Shown in pieces: positions 34,699 through 51,800 of a stretch of 64,000 bases of DNA (positions are counted from its first letter, which is position 1; every line of letters starts with the position of its first letter). Origin of the DNA: Paraspadella gotoi (Eukaryota > Animalia > Chaetognatha). Under the pieces are notes generated by a model that searched no databases, was not told where the DNA came from, and saw only the letters and a program-made list of their open reading frames with translations. The stretch is taken from assembly GCA_051294375.1 (NCBI GenBank), contig CM119271.1, forward strand, positions 6,573,632-6,637,631. The letters are read 5' to 3'. A program made the translations under genes and the position numbers.

Positions 34699-35406
34699 TT
34701 AATGAACTTTTTTGTCGTCCGACTCGAGTTGGCGCTGCAACTTCTCGTGCTCGTTCATGAGGCGATCGTATTCCTTGTTAGTTCCCTCGGCCTGACTCTT
34801 CAGTGCCGACAGCTGCTTCTCGAGGCCTTCGGCCTTTCGCAGCGCCTCGTCGCGATCCTTCGTGGCGTCGGTGACGCGAGCGCGGAGACGTGAGGCTTCG
34901 TCGGAAACGCCGTCACCCGCGCCCGCGGTCGCCCTCTCACCACCGGCCGACATCAAACTCTGCGCCGCCTCCGACGCGCTTTTGGCCTGCTTCAGCGCCG
35001 CCTCCTTCTGCGCCACGAGATTCGCTTGCTCGGCCAAGAGCACCACCAGGCGCCGAATGACGAAGACCAAAAAGAGGGCGAATCCACAGATGTAAAGATT
35101 GCGTTGGGCGCGAAAGAGTTTCATGTGGTATTGCATCTCGGCGAGAGGGCCTTCGCCGTGACCGTGCTCGGCCTCGACCGGCGCCGTGTAGTGGCGCACC
35201 GAACGGACGGCGTCGAAGAAGAGAAGACACAGAACGCCGACGGAGAATCGGAAATAGTAGTGGGACGTAGATTTGAATGTCTTGACGGCGTTCGACTGAA
35301 AGATGGCGTTCCACCGGGTAGGGGAAATGAAAGGTAGGAGTAGAAGGATAACCACGGCGATTTCCGAGTAGAGGACAGTAGCCACGAGGGTCCACTGGAG
35401 ACTCAT
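34699..35406 (-). CDS. BCAP31: B-cell receptor-associated protein 31/29
   Basis: MSLQWTLVATVLYSEI, MKLFRAQRNLYICGF, EYDRLM, and C-terminal KKXX ER-retrieval signal (KKVH). Confidence 0.93.
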   Translation of the reverse strand: MSLQWTLVATVLYSEIAVVILLLLPFISPTRWNAIFQSNAVKTFKSTSHYYFRFSVGVLCLLFFDAVRSVRHYTAPVEAEHGHGEGPLAEMQYHMKLFRAQRNLYICGFALFLVFVIRRLVVLLAEQANLVAQKEAALKQAKSASEAAQSLMSAGGERATAGAGDGVSDEASRLRARVTDATKDRDEALRKAEGLEKQLSALKSQAEGTNKEYDRLMNEHEKLQRQLESDDKKVH

Positions 35407-35607
35407 GGTGTTAGTTTCAAAAGATGGTTTCGTTCTTTGTGATGATTACGTTAATATTTTTGTATTTGTTTGCACGCGAATAAGTTTCCTATGCACAATC
35501 TGCTCGAATAAAATTCATATTTGCTTAGTTACCATCATACCGAACAAAATTTTAAAAAGCAAAGAGATAAATTAAATAAAAAACAAAACTACAAAATGGT
35601 ACAGAAG

Positions 35608-36021
35608 TTATGCCGGATTGAACTCTTCTCCCCTCTTTCTCGCTTCGTCTCTCTCTTGGATAAATTTTCTCTGTTTCTTAGTCAACCCCGTCCGCCGATA
35701 CTCTGACCGCTCCTCCAGGTAAATGTCCGTGCATCTCTGTCGAAACGCTGAGTCGGTGAAAAATCCTGTGAGACAGTTTGTCATTGCCTCGTTCTCCGCC
35801 CGACATTTTACCCACATTAAGAGGTGCGCCTTTTGGCAGCATTTCGTAAAAGCGTTCATCTGTGCGACGCAATGTTCCGTCTGAGCGATGCGGCGCATAA
35901 CCCCGGGCACGAGAATCTCGATCTCGACCTTGCGCAAAGACTTGTCGTCCGGATCGCCAAGATTATGCGGACCGCCCGAGTAGTACTTGGGCAGTACGGT
36001 CGACTCAGTTTCTTCGGACAT
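35608..36021 (-). CDS. CMC1: COX assembly mitochondrial protein CMC1 (twin CX9C)
   Basis: GGPHNLGDPDDKSLRKVEIEILVP, then C-X9-C...C-X9-C, then YLEERSEYRRTG. ATG at 36021. Confidence 0.88.
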   Translation of the reverse strand: MSEETESTVLPKYYSGGPHNLGDPDDKSLRKVEIEILVPGVMRRIAQTEHCVAQMNAFTKCCQKAHLLMWVKCRAENEAMTNCLTGFFTDSAFRQRCTDIYLEERSEYRRTGLTKKQRKFIQERDEARKRGEEFNPA

Positions 36022-36219
36022 GTCCACAAGGAAAAATTTTATATGAGTGGACACTGGACACGATATCTTGCTGAATACAATGTCAAAATAATTAAACGTC
36101 AACAGTGCGCAAGATACAGTATATATTCGAATTGCCGCCGGGCGAAAAATGAAGGGAACGTAAATTGAGAAAATTACAAAAACATTCTTCTCGGGCCGAG
36201 GCGTCCATCAGGCGTTAAT

Positions 36220-36516
36220 TTATTTCTGACTCGGCGGAACGGGTTCATCAAAGTCGTCAAGGAACTGTTCTTGTTTGACGGCGCCCATCGTGTAAGAGTA
36301 AATGCCGATGACGCCGGCGGCGAGCCCGATGCCCACGAAAAAGTTTCGGCGTCGGATGCGTAAGAGTTTTTGTACTCGATCGCGGTTGAAAGCCTCCATT
36401 CGCTGGATGTTAATTTGGTCAGGTTTCTGCAACTTGGGCATTTCCGTTTCTAGGTCGAGAGGCTCGGCTACGTCTAGGGCCGGCACAGAGGCCTGGCCCT
36501 TGGGCGGCTCGGTCAT
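36220..36516 (-). CDS. COA3: Cytochrome c oxidase assembly factor 3 (CCDC56/MITRAC12)
   Basis: RRRNFFVGIGLAAGVIGIYSYTMGAVKQEQFLDDF signature. Confidence 0.9.
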   Translation of the reverse strand: MTEPPKGQASVPALDVAEPLDLETEMPKLQKPDQINIQRMEAFNRDRVQKLLRIRRRNFFVGIGLAAGVIGIYSYTMGAVKQEQFLDDFDEPVPPSQK

Positions 36517-36734
36517 GGCTCCGCCTATCTTTTTACTAAATTTTCAATAGTATGCTTGGGCGATTTAGTAGTTTTATCGCGGTCGCATCATTTCTTTAAA
36601 AAAAATAAATAAAAGCAGTCAAAAATACAAATGTATATGATTTTTTTATCGACACTATCATTAAAAACAGCAAATTTCCAGATATACGAAAGTAAAATTT
36701 TAACCAAAATCTGCAAAATTCACAAAAAAAAACA

Positions 36735-37337
36735 TTAAACGTCAGCGACAAGACTTCTCTCGCGTAAAGCGACAACGTCGTCGTACAAAAACCTTGCGAC
36801 GAACAATGGAGTCGCCAAAGTGAGGAAAAGAACAAGTGCGGCAGGAAGAGGCGCAGTGTGACGTCCTCCGGCGAAGGGCCAGAGCCAAATGCCGCGGCGG
36901 AGAGCGTCGCGGAGATGGTGCGAAGCGATGGCCACTAAGCCGATAGGACCGAAAAGGGTCGACCCCACGTCGGTCCTGTGCTTCACCCGCCGCCAAACTG
37001 AAATTAACAACGAAGCGCCGAGGAGGGGCAAGGAGGCGTGGAACGGTGGGCGCCTCCCAATATTCACGACGTCGGAGAGACGCGGGGATTTCGCGACAAG
37101 GAAATGGTCGATGTCGATGAAGGAAGAGACGACGCCGCAGAGGACGCTGGCCAGCAGCGATGCAGCGTCGATAGAAGGCGAAACTACGCGCCAACTCGAA
37201 AACGCGATGAGGGCGTGAGAAAGGTTGTCGGCTGCTGCGCGAACAGGGAGAGAGGAATTAGATGTCGACGACAGAAAAACGTCGGCGACCAAGGAACAAC
37301 ACATCAAAATTATAACGTTCACGGCTCGAAAAAGCAT
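36735..37337 (-). CDS. TMEM267: Transmembrane protein 267
   Basis: DNLSHALIA..SW, SSFIDIDHF, RPPFH, SHHLRDALRRGIWLWP motifs. Confidence 0.88.
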   Translation of the reverse strand: MLFRAVNVIILMCCSLVADVFLSSTSNSSLPVRAAADNLSHALIAFSSWRVVSPSIDAASLLASVLCGVVSSFIDIDHFLVAKSPRLSDVVNIGRRPPFHASLPLLGASLLISVWRRVKHRTDVGSTLFGPIGLVAIASHHLRDALRRGIWLWPFAGGRHTAPLPAALVLFLTLATPLFVARFLYDDVVALRERSLVADV

Positions 37338-37673
37338 GACCAAACTTAAAGAGTATATTGTCACATAATTGATATTAAACAATGTCTAAAAAAAGAATAA
37401 AAAATGACTAGTAAGAACGATTATCGAAGATTGGGCTGACAGTAAGGACTAAGTCATTTTTTAAGAGTATTATTAATCAGAAAAACCAAAAGTAAAACCA
37501 AACACCAAAACAAAACAAAAAAAAACAATCAAGAGCGATCAAGATCATAACTTTGGACGCTGTAGTAGCAAAAAATCTTTAAAGGATTGTTCCAGAGTAA
37601 AAAATAAATAGAGAACATGTAAAATCTTCTATTTGACGGAATGATCCATAAGAGAATTTTTTTGTTGGGTCTT

Positions 37674-40600
37674 TTAGACATAAGAGGAATCGTTCTCCAA
37701 AAAATGCATCAAAAACTGCATTTTCTTTTTGGCCCGCTGCCTCTGCGGAATTAACTTCCCCCCCTGGACGATCCCCTTGGACCGGAGGATGGCTTCGCCG
37801 AAGATGGTGGCCACAAAGTTTTTATCCAGTCCGTTTGAGCCTTGCCACCGCAGTAGCTCGCGGAGAAACGCCATCAGATACTGAAAGACGTTTTGGTGGA
37901 AGAGCGGGAGCACGAGAACAGTTCTCGCAGCGTCGGAGGCGTTGGCCCCGTTCTCCAGGCATCGGTCGAGAAAGGCGAAGGGCACGACACCGTCGGGCAA
38001 AGATTCGAGAAAAAGGAGAAGGGATTCGGCGACGGCATGAACGTCCTCGATGGGAAGTCGCTCGGGGATCTCGGAATCGAGCACGTCGCGGATCTTGCGT
38101 AACGTTGAGGGGCTGGAGGATTTGACTTGGAAAAGGTCCTTCTGTTCTCGTCCGTAACGATAGAGATGATCGACAAGGATCCAGAGCTCTTTAGGAATAT
38201 CGTACGCCTGTCCGAAGCCAGTCCCGCTCCGCGCCAGCCACACAGAGTTGCCGGAGTCGACGCCGTCTGGAGAAGCTGAGACGGAAGATGTCTTCTCGAA
38301 TTCCCGAATCTGGCTTTCCGTGTACTCGCTGATCGGAGAAGTCATTCGAACTAAAGCGTCGAGACTCGCCCCGAAACAAGAGGGACGGTAGCGCCCCTTG
38401 ACGGTGATGAAAATGTCCTTCCCGTTTTCCAAATGTAGAACGAGGATGTCGTCGAGGGCGTCTCGACCTGCATTGAATAACGACGCAGTCTCCGGCGTCA
38501 CTTTGACCTCTACATCAACGAACGACTTCTCTTTCGGCAAAATAATGTCCGAATAATTCCGAATCTTCAGCCAACGCTTGCAAAAGTGCGTGTCGTTGGG
38601 CTTGTTGACGAACCCGTACTGCACGGGTATTTGACCGGTGTTGGTGATGCCGATCTGTAGCAGCTTAGGCTCCATGAACTTGATGATGCTAAAGTCTAGT
38701 TCGAAAGAGTCCAGCTCAACTTGAGGGAGAAACTCGTTCTCCAACTTGTCCATACGTTTCATGAGATCCTCGAAAATCTTTTTGCGCACTTCGACGTTTA
38801 CTACTTTGACTTGGATGTCGAAGGAAGCTGAAACGGGTTTGTGGTCGGACAGTTTGAAAGTGGGATGGCTGCGGTAGGCGAGTGGCGCGACCACCGCCGA
38901 ATCATCGTCCTCGATGATAGCATGCCGCTGCGTCCCGCGCATGTAGTAGCCGAAGCAGCGCCACAACACACGGTCGCACCAGGCCGGGGCGCGGTTTTTT
39001 TCCGATGAATCCCAGTCGTCAGTGCCGGGGTCATACTTGTAGGTTGGTCGGAAAGTGATTGGAGCCTCCTTATATCCGTGAAAACACTTCTTGGCCTCAC
39101 GACTCTGGCTTAACTGATCGTGCTTGTAAAGGTCTTCGAAGCGTTCCTCTTTGGCAAGCTGAAATAGGTGAATGTTACCATTATTGTTACCATTTATTGA
39201 ATAAAGAGTTTTTCTAGTTTCCCCAACCTCTTTAATATTTTCCGGAGAAAGATTGCTTTCATGTATCCGGTAGTTGAGGTCGCCGACCCAAAAAACTATA
39301 TCGTGGCTCTCGATATTTAGAGTTCTGTCGGGTGATTCAGGATCGAAAGAAAATTCCATTCGTTGGTTGATATCCTGAGGATTGAGGAATTAATAACATC
39401 AATTAATAAAAAAATAATTAATAAAAAATTTTTTGGGCTTTGTCCCCTAAACCTTTTTTTCTAAATTTCTTCTTTTTGGTTCACTTTTATTGTTAACATA
39501 TAAAAGTTTTTTGCAACCATTCCCTCAATTTTTTTCATGTTTTCTTTTCAGAAAAAAAATAAAATAAAATAAACCACGACAGTCGATCGGGAAGAAAAAA
39601 AGAAAAAGAAAAATCTTAAAATTATAGTGAGCTCGCCAGACGTTATTATCAAAGATAATTAAAAATCTGAAAAAAAAAACGAATGATTGATGCAATAACA
39701 AATTATTGATATAATAATAATTAAATTGATGTAATAGTAATTGATTGATTGATGTAATAGTTATTGATTATTGATACAATGATAACCAAATATTGATGCA
39801 TTGATAACCAAATATTGATGCGTTGATAAACAAAGGATTAATGCTATGATAACCAAAGGATCTGCGATAATAATCATTGATACGATGATAATCATTCATT
39901 GATGCAATGATAGTCATTCATTGATCCAATGATAATCATTCATTGATCCAATGATAATCATTCATTGATCCAATAATAATCATTCATTAATGCGATGAGT
40001 TATTCATCATAAATAAAACAGAGAAAAAAAAAAGAGAGAGAAAAAAAGAAAAAAAGATAAAAGCTGGAAAGCCACTGGACAGCCGGTGCAGAGTTTAACT
40101 CGTTTTTAAACGAATCAGAAGAAACAACGATAGAAAAAAAGAGCGACAAATAATTAAAAGAGAGAATTAAAAAAGAGAGGGAGACATATATTTAAAAGAG
40201 AGACATATATTTAAAAGAGAGAAGATAAAAAGCTGGACAGCCACTGCAGAACTGAACTCGTCTATATATTTATATCAAAATTGTTTTGTAAATAAAACAA
40301 ATGAATGGAGGAATATGAAACAACAATTTAAAAAACCTCAATGATAAAAAATCATATCAAAATTTTTATCTTCCTATCGCATTATTATCTTCCTATGGTT
40401 ATACACTTGAGTTAAAACAGCGTAATGACGACAACAACGGCACAAAGAAGCAATACTAAATGGTTATCCACGCCCAAGACGGGCTTAAGCCCGTCTGGCG
40501 AGATAAAAACCTTAAAATCCTGGTTTCGTCTCTCGAATTGCTCCGTATGAGCCGCGAGATGAGAATCCACGAAGCAAATCGTCGTGTTGTGAAATTTGAA

Positions 40601-42566
40601 GCGAATCGCCACGCCACCTTTGTTGCCCATTTTACCTGAAGGAAGAGTGGACTCAAGATTGACATACAATTTATTGAATATCGATCATACGCATTGATTC
40701 TGACTTACCCATGAGACCTGTTCCGACGGATTCGGCGACAACCTCCCCGATTAAATCGACGAGGTGTTCCTTTGTGAAGACAATGAGCATCATTCCCACC
40801 AACCGAATTTGACGAACGCAAGAGTATTTGGCTTTCGGGTGAAGAGCCTTGAAGTTAAAAAAAAACTTTAATCGAAACAGAGTAAGTCAGTAAAAAGTCA
40901 TAAGGAAAAAGAAAACTAGGAAAATGAGAATTAAAAATATATAAATTACTAATAAAATCACAGATGCAGTCGAAATTATCATGAGAATAAATCACCTTCG
41001 CGACTTTGCCGTACCACTCGGCTTCTCTGGGCGATTCGGCAAAGAGAAAAGCTTCTTTGCTGAGGTCAAGCTCTTGAAAACCGACGGCGTAGAGATCCGG
41101 GGGATCTTGGTCAACCGCCAGCCAGCCTTCCAGCGCCTCGGTCGGCATTTGACCATTCACGTTCCAAGTTCCAGCGAAGACGGTGAAAGTCTTTAGGTCG
41201 GTAAAGTCTTGTTCACGCATAATCATATTCATATTCACGTAGGTCTCTCTCTTGTCTATTCGCCCCATTTTTCCGGGACGTCTGATAATGTTATCGCCAA
41301 AGCAGGAACCGAGTGGGGCATCGATAAGGTCGCCGCCTGTGCCTGATGAATGATACGTTTTTTTTTTCACCGGTTATAGTTTTTTTAAAAATATTATCAA
41401 ACAAAAGTACTAAATTTTCAAATAAAATCATAAATTAAACTGATGACTCACCGTTTCCCTGGACCGGAATTTCAATTTCCTCCGCGGGGGCCACATCCTC
41501 GGTTTTCCGGATAAAGGGTGAATTGTGCGCGGATCCGATCTGCTCTTCCGGAAAGGGCGAATTTCTCAAGCTGGATGCTAGAACAACAAAATTAAGCAAG
41601 CAAAAAAGTAGTTACATATTAAAAACAAAACTATGTATTTAATGGGCACATGGGCACATTACTCTCACCATCAGAGACTTTATCGTCGTCCGGTGTGAGA
41701 GTTGAGGCGCAAGACGTTGTGGACATAAAGGTGTCTAGTGAAACCTCGTCTTCCTCCGGTTCATCGTTGGACATTCGGTGGACGGATAGACCCGTTCGCT
41801 TCTCGATGCGGTTTACGTGCTTCTCCAACCAGTTCCATTGCGGGTTACCGTACGTCACCTGGAGAGTTATAGAATGTAAAATAAAAGTTAAGAATACATG
41901 AGTAGAATATGTCACAACGGAGTCGGAGGAAATTGATTTTCTCTAATGAAAAACAAATGTTACACAAAGAATAGTTAAATAAACCTTAAACTTCAAATTC
42001 ATTCAAATTTTGAAAATTTACACTTAAATCTTACATAAAGGAAAAAGAAAAGAAAAAGAAGACGAACAGCAGAAAATTGTTTAACTTTAAAATACCGTGT
42101 TTCTGGCAGACTCGGACGCTCGCTTCACATCTTGAACGAATCCCTGTGACTGAGCTCCAGGAGGAAGAAGGAATGATAACGTGATTCGTTCGTTGCATAT
42201 TTGTATCGAAATATCGTCGACTAATTAAAACAAAATTGTATGTATTGCGTTACCAATATATAGGACCAAATATATTAAGTAAATTGCCTTTAAAGAAAAA
42301 TTACCTAGTGATTCGTTTTGATCAACGAGCCGACATTCAAAGTCGGCGGCGACGGGCAGGATGTTAGAGAGCAGTAAGTCTCCCGCTTCCACAACAAAGT
42401 TGCGGGTGTTGGAAAAGACGAAGAGTGCGTTGACGCTCTGACGCTCGATCAGGGCAAGAGTGCACGAGGCCTGATTCGGATCGGAGGGTTTACAGTGTAC
42501 GGTCGACCGAACCGTCTCGTTTTTGCCGAGGTAATGATCGTTTATTAGGACGGAAACGGTATCCAT
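37674..42566 (-). CDS. OCRL: Inositol polyphosphate 5-phosphatase OCRL/INPP5B (PH, 5-phosphatase, ASH and RhoGAP-like domains; multi-exon)
   Basis: [90 protein letters not shown]. Confidence 0.92.
39690..39995. repeat. Degenerate intronic minisatellite (21-22 bp units)
   Basis: Repeats of ttcattgatccaatgataatca and ataaccaaatattgatgc in the large OCRL intron. Confidence 0.75.
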
Positions 42567-43506
42567 GCTGGGGACGCGCGCTTTTATTAAAACGCGTCAA
42601 GACCCGCAAAAGCCGGGATAAGGGACGGGTCGAAGCCGGCCGATGACGGCCATCTTTAATAAACTGTGGCAAGAAAAAAAAAACATACGAATGGAGGGTA
42701 ATAATATCTACATTTTTAATGGTTGTTGGGCTATGATTTTAGCAGTTTTTTCTGTTTAACCAATTGACTCGTGAGTCAGTTGAGACAATCATGGGAGAAT
42801 GTTACAAAGGAGAAAAAACCACGAATGTAAACATAATAAAAAGCATTATTTAAAAAAGCCCATTAAAGCGCATCTCTCACGGGAAGTCGAAAATCGTGGT
42901 GATAATAAAAACGCAGGAATCATAAAAAACATATATGATGTAATAAAAAGTAATTTGTATTGTAATTTACTACATTTTAATTCAACTTATTTTCAGCTTA
43001 CAAGTGACCATTGTATTTCTTAAATCTAGAATCAACGATTAACTACATCATTTAGTAAAATATTACACGCAATTTTGACTTAACTGGGAATCGAATCGAC
43101 GATAAAATATTATTAGTAACATGTTAATGTGAAAAGTCGTGTATCCGTATCATTAAATCTTGAACATCATTGTTTAACGTTTATAACCAATCTGACATTA
43201 CACTTGTAAGTATCTCACATACGTATATGCGGAAAATTTGATAATTGATATGATTACCTTCGTTTAAAGATTAATTTTAGCGATTAGAAAATTCCCGAAA
43301 AGCGCCGAAAAATAAGGAATGCTCCTTCGTAAGAAAGGCACACGCTCTACTTACTACAATTAAACGAATATCTAAATGCAACAAATCTAAAAACTTAAAG
43401 AAGACTAAATCATTTGGAGAACAAACCCGATCGAAATCGGATCGATATTTTTTTTTCTTTTTTTTTTGTTTTTTTTTTTGTTCGGGTATCGGGCTTGATT
43501 GTTGGA

Positions 43507-47999
<4,493 letters not shown>

Positions 48000-48607
48000 G
48001 GTGTGGAACTTTGGGTGAAAGGCGAAGGGATAGAGTCACCACGTTAAGAAGACTGATTCCTTAAAAAAATTATAAAAAAAAAGGATTCGGCGCAAATTGG
48101 AAAGTTTCAATAATCGATGAATTGACTTTACCGATGAAAAACTGTATCGCCAACAATTATTTACTCTTTATTGAGTTGAACCCTTCAGTCATGGAAACTA
48201 GCTTATAATCTAAAAAATACTAAAAAAACAAACAATTGCGATGAAAAAAACAAAGTTTTACGAAAACGAGATCGAATGAGTAAATAAAGAAAATAACATG
48301 GTTAGTAAAATTCGAAGGTAAAAAAATACAGTATATTTTTAGCCATAAATAGTTCATGGCTCAATAATTGGTAAAGGAGCACCAGGAGTAAAAATATTTC
48401 AATTTTTGTATAAAATTAATACAGTTGAAATTTAGCCAAATCAGGCATATCAAAAACAACAAAAGAATAAAAGCCACGAATAATTTTTTTAAAAAGTTAA
48501 TTTAATGTATAACTATGAAAATTTTAGTAACGAGGAATTAAAAACTATAAAGAAGAAACGGATTCTCTCCAGTTTCATTTCACCAACGACAAGAAAAGAG
48601 GAGTTAA

Positions 48608-48794
48608 TTTTACTTTCGCCGACCGAGGTTAAGGGGGAATTAGGGTTAAGGGTGGTTTTTGGGGTAGTTTATGGTTAGGGGTGGTTAGGGTTAAGAGGCT
48701 TTAGGGTTAGGGTAATTAGGTAATAATTTGTCAAAAATAAATATTTTAAGTAGTTTTTCAAAAGACGACAAAACCCCGGTCGGTGAAAGTAAAA
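48608..48794. mobile_element. Small TIR element (about 190 bp) carrying degenerate TTAGGG repeats
   Basis: 23-bp inverted repeats ttttactttcgccgaccgaggtt / aaccccggtcggtgaaagtaaaa flank ttagggttaagggtgg...ttagggttaggg. Confidence 0.65.
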
Positions 48795-48866
48795 CGTTAC
48801 CGAAAAGATTTTATGGAATAATACGTAATTTGTGAGTATTTTAAGAATTTTAAGTCCATAAAACTA

Positions 48867-51800
48867 TCATTTGGCAGGGCTTCGGCCCAAATGAATGCCG
48901 CAAAATGGTTTTCCAGGCAAAGCGCCACGGCTGCACAGAGCGCCCGACTTGGTGTTGGCGGCGCAGGGCTCGCGCGTCAGCGAGGAGTTGCGCGGCGGAG
49001 TCTTGCTTCGCGGCGGCGTCTTGGGCGCCCTCGTCTCGATGGTAGCGGAAAGGCGGGTAGGCGTGAGAGAGCGAGACGCGATCGGCGCTGAGAAGTGGGA
49101 AGTGATGAGCGATTGAGATCGTAAGGATTCTTCCGCCAATTGGTTTTCCTTGTCCGAGGATCTCCTTTGAAGAAAAAAGAAAAGAACTTGAGTGAAAAAA
49201 GGAATGGAGCCCATCGCTTCGTCATCAATTCCTCACCTCTCGCTCGTTCCTTCCGAATCCTTTAAACTTCTTCCCCGTGAACTGGATCGACGCCGAATTC
49301 TCCCGTAAAGCTCATCGTGAGAACCGTGAGGACTGGCCGAATCGCGTCGGCGTCCAGCGCCGGAAATGGTCGAAGACAAATTCCGTCTGGCACTGTCGAC
49401 GGAACCCGCCTCGTTCCGCGGGAGAAACGGAGGAACGCCGGCGGAATCGTCCTTGCCGATGGTGACGTCGCCGGCACGAATCCCGCCAGAGCCGAGCGCC
49501 GACGCGTTGAGGGTTAAGGGAGCGAGGACGCTGCGCGGTTGAAGACGAGCGAGGGCGCCGTTTACCGGGGGAAGACGCAAAGCCAGCATCGCCGTATCGG
49601 ACGCGGTGCGGTCCGGAAACGAGACACTGAATAAAGTTTAGTTTGAGAAATATATGAAATTTAAATCAAATATTCGTATTAATATAGATTTTAATTCGCT
49701 TCTAATAAAATTATACAAGCAAAAAGGATAGAGATTTTTCTCATCGTTTTCGGGTTCGGTGACATATGTGTCGGTTAAGAGGGTAATAAAGAGAGCGCAA
49801 AAGAATATAGATTAGGCTCCGGCTCGGCCGAGTCTTTGCTCTTCCTCACTCGGACTCCGTTCATCTCTTTAAAAACAAAGGAAGGCAGCGACGACGACGA
49901 CGAAAAACCAAAACAGATTCAACAAAAGACAAACGCATCTTTTCTCGTTTTTGAGTAATCAGCTGCGAGAGATTTAATAATCGTTATAAACGTCATTCTC
50001 CTCCGCACTAAATTTTGCAGGAGTGTGTATTTTTAATTATGCACTATTCATATTTTAAAATTATTTATCTATTGGAACGGATCAACCTTGGCAATAAATT
50101 TTTCAGTTTTTCTCCCCTTCAATAATTTCCCCCCTCCCTTTAAACCAACCTTTGATCGGTCTGGCCAAACTTGGCGGTGAGGTGCGCTTCGTTAGAGATG
50201 AGCGTCGAACTGAGTCTCGTCGGCAAAGTGGAGTCTACGCTGGATTCGTCGGGGACGAAGGTCGGGTCCACCGTGGACTCGCCCTCCTCCTCCGAGGAGG
50301 ACGACGACGAAATCCGGGCGCGCCGACTCCGGCTGCCGCTCCGCTTCCGCCGCGCGGCGCCATCGGCGCGAGACACGGCTCGCCGGGCGTCGGCTTCGAA
50401 GACGGCGCCGTCCGACTTGGCGGAGGACTCGGCGCGGGCCTTGGAAGAGGACGAGGAGGCGAAGAGAGCCAAGGCGACGCCGAGGAGGGAGTTGGCGGCG
50501 GCGGTGAGGAGGATGAAGAGAGTCATGAGGCCGAAGTCGAGGGAAGACTTGCGTCGAATCTCGGAGAGGGCGTTGAGGGGGATGAGGATGAGGAGGAAGA
50601 GGCGGGTGAAGGCGGGAGTGCGGAGGAAGAGGGCCGAGAGAACGGCGAGGAGGAGGTAGAGAATGTGGGAGCAAACTAGTTGGGCGAGGGGAAGGAAAAA
50701 TATTTACATACAATATAAAGAATAAATTAAAAAAAAAATAAACAATCTAGTATGAACCCTACATAATTTTTTTTTTAATTTAACGACGAATATGACATCT
50801 GATAAACAGATAAAGAACGAAGAACGAGAATAAAGATTTGTATTTAAGTTATCATCAACAATCACCAAATTGACCGGAAATCCGAATCTCACCCGTTTTC
50901 AAGAAGGCCACCTTGTCCCCGGTGCCACCGAGCGCCACCTCGAGCCAACCCAGTTTGGCGTAAAGACCTTCGCGCAAGGAGTCGACGGTGGTGATGACGA
51001 AGTTGACGGAATCGTTGACTTGACGGAGACTCGCTAAAGTTTCTTCGTAGTGAGAGTGAGTCATCGACTGATAAGCGGCCATCGCCTCCGCATTTCCCGT
51101 CATTTTCTCCATTACCTCTTGCGCCTAAGAAACGGAGACTTTGTCGGTTCCCTGCATTTTTAAAAAAGGCTCCGCCTACCTCCAAACCTGTTCTCTGATA
51201 AGCGCCAAATCTTTGAGGATCTCCTCGTGCGTCTCGCCCTGCGCCTCTCCTTGTTTCTCCATGAACTCGGAGGCGCGTTCCAACTTGGCCTTCAATCCCT
51301 CCGTCATGTCGGCGATCTCCTTCTGCCCGGCGGCGATGAGCGCCTTCTCTCTCGACAAAGACTTGAGGTTCTTCACGATGTGACTCTCCATCTCCGTTTG
51401 GGAAATTTTTATCTTCTCGTGGCGATGAAGCATCTCCCGTTGGGAAGCGTCCACTTTGTCCAGGGCGTCCGAAGTCATCTTGGCGTGGGAATAGACTTTA
51501 AAGTACAAAAAACAGAGACAAAAATAAAAACAGACAAAACCCCTACCTCCCCAAGCTTAAGTTGATCAGCCGTAAGTTTCTCCATCCCAACGATTTGCTT
51601 CTGCGACGTGGAGACGAGTTTGTTGACGGCGGCTTCGGTCTTGATGCGGAAAATCTGTTGCCGCGTGGCGTAACACACGGCACGCGCGCGATTCGCAACA
51701 ATCTGATACGCGTTCCACGTCGTCGGGTCCATATCGGACGTACACTCCGCTGGTATTAAGAATGCAGATTAAAATGGTTATTCATAATTACATATCCAAA

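Noticed and set aside
39690-39995. CRISPR-like repeat array
   Set aside because: Eukaryotic intron with contiguous degenerate units, no unique spacers and no cas genes; it is a minisatellite.
48625-48722. True telomere or chromosome-fusion scar
   Set aside because: Too short and degenerate, single orientation, and enclosed by inverted repeats, so a mobile element fits better.
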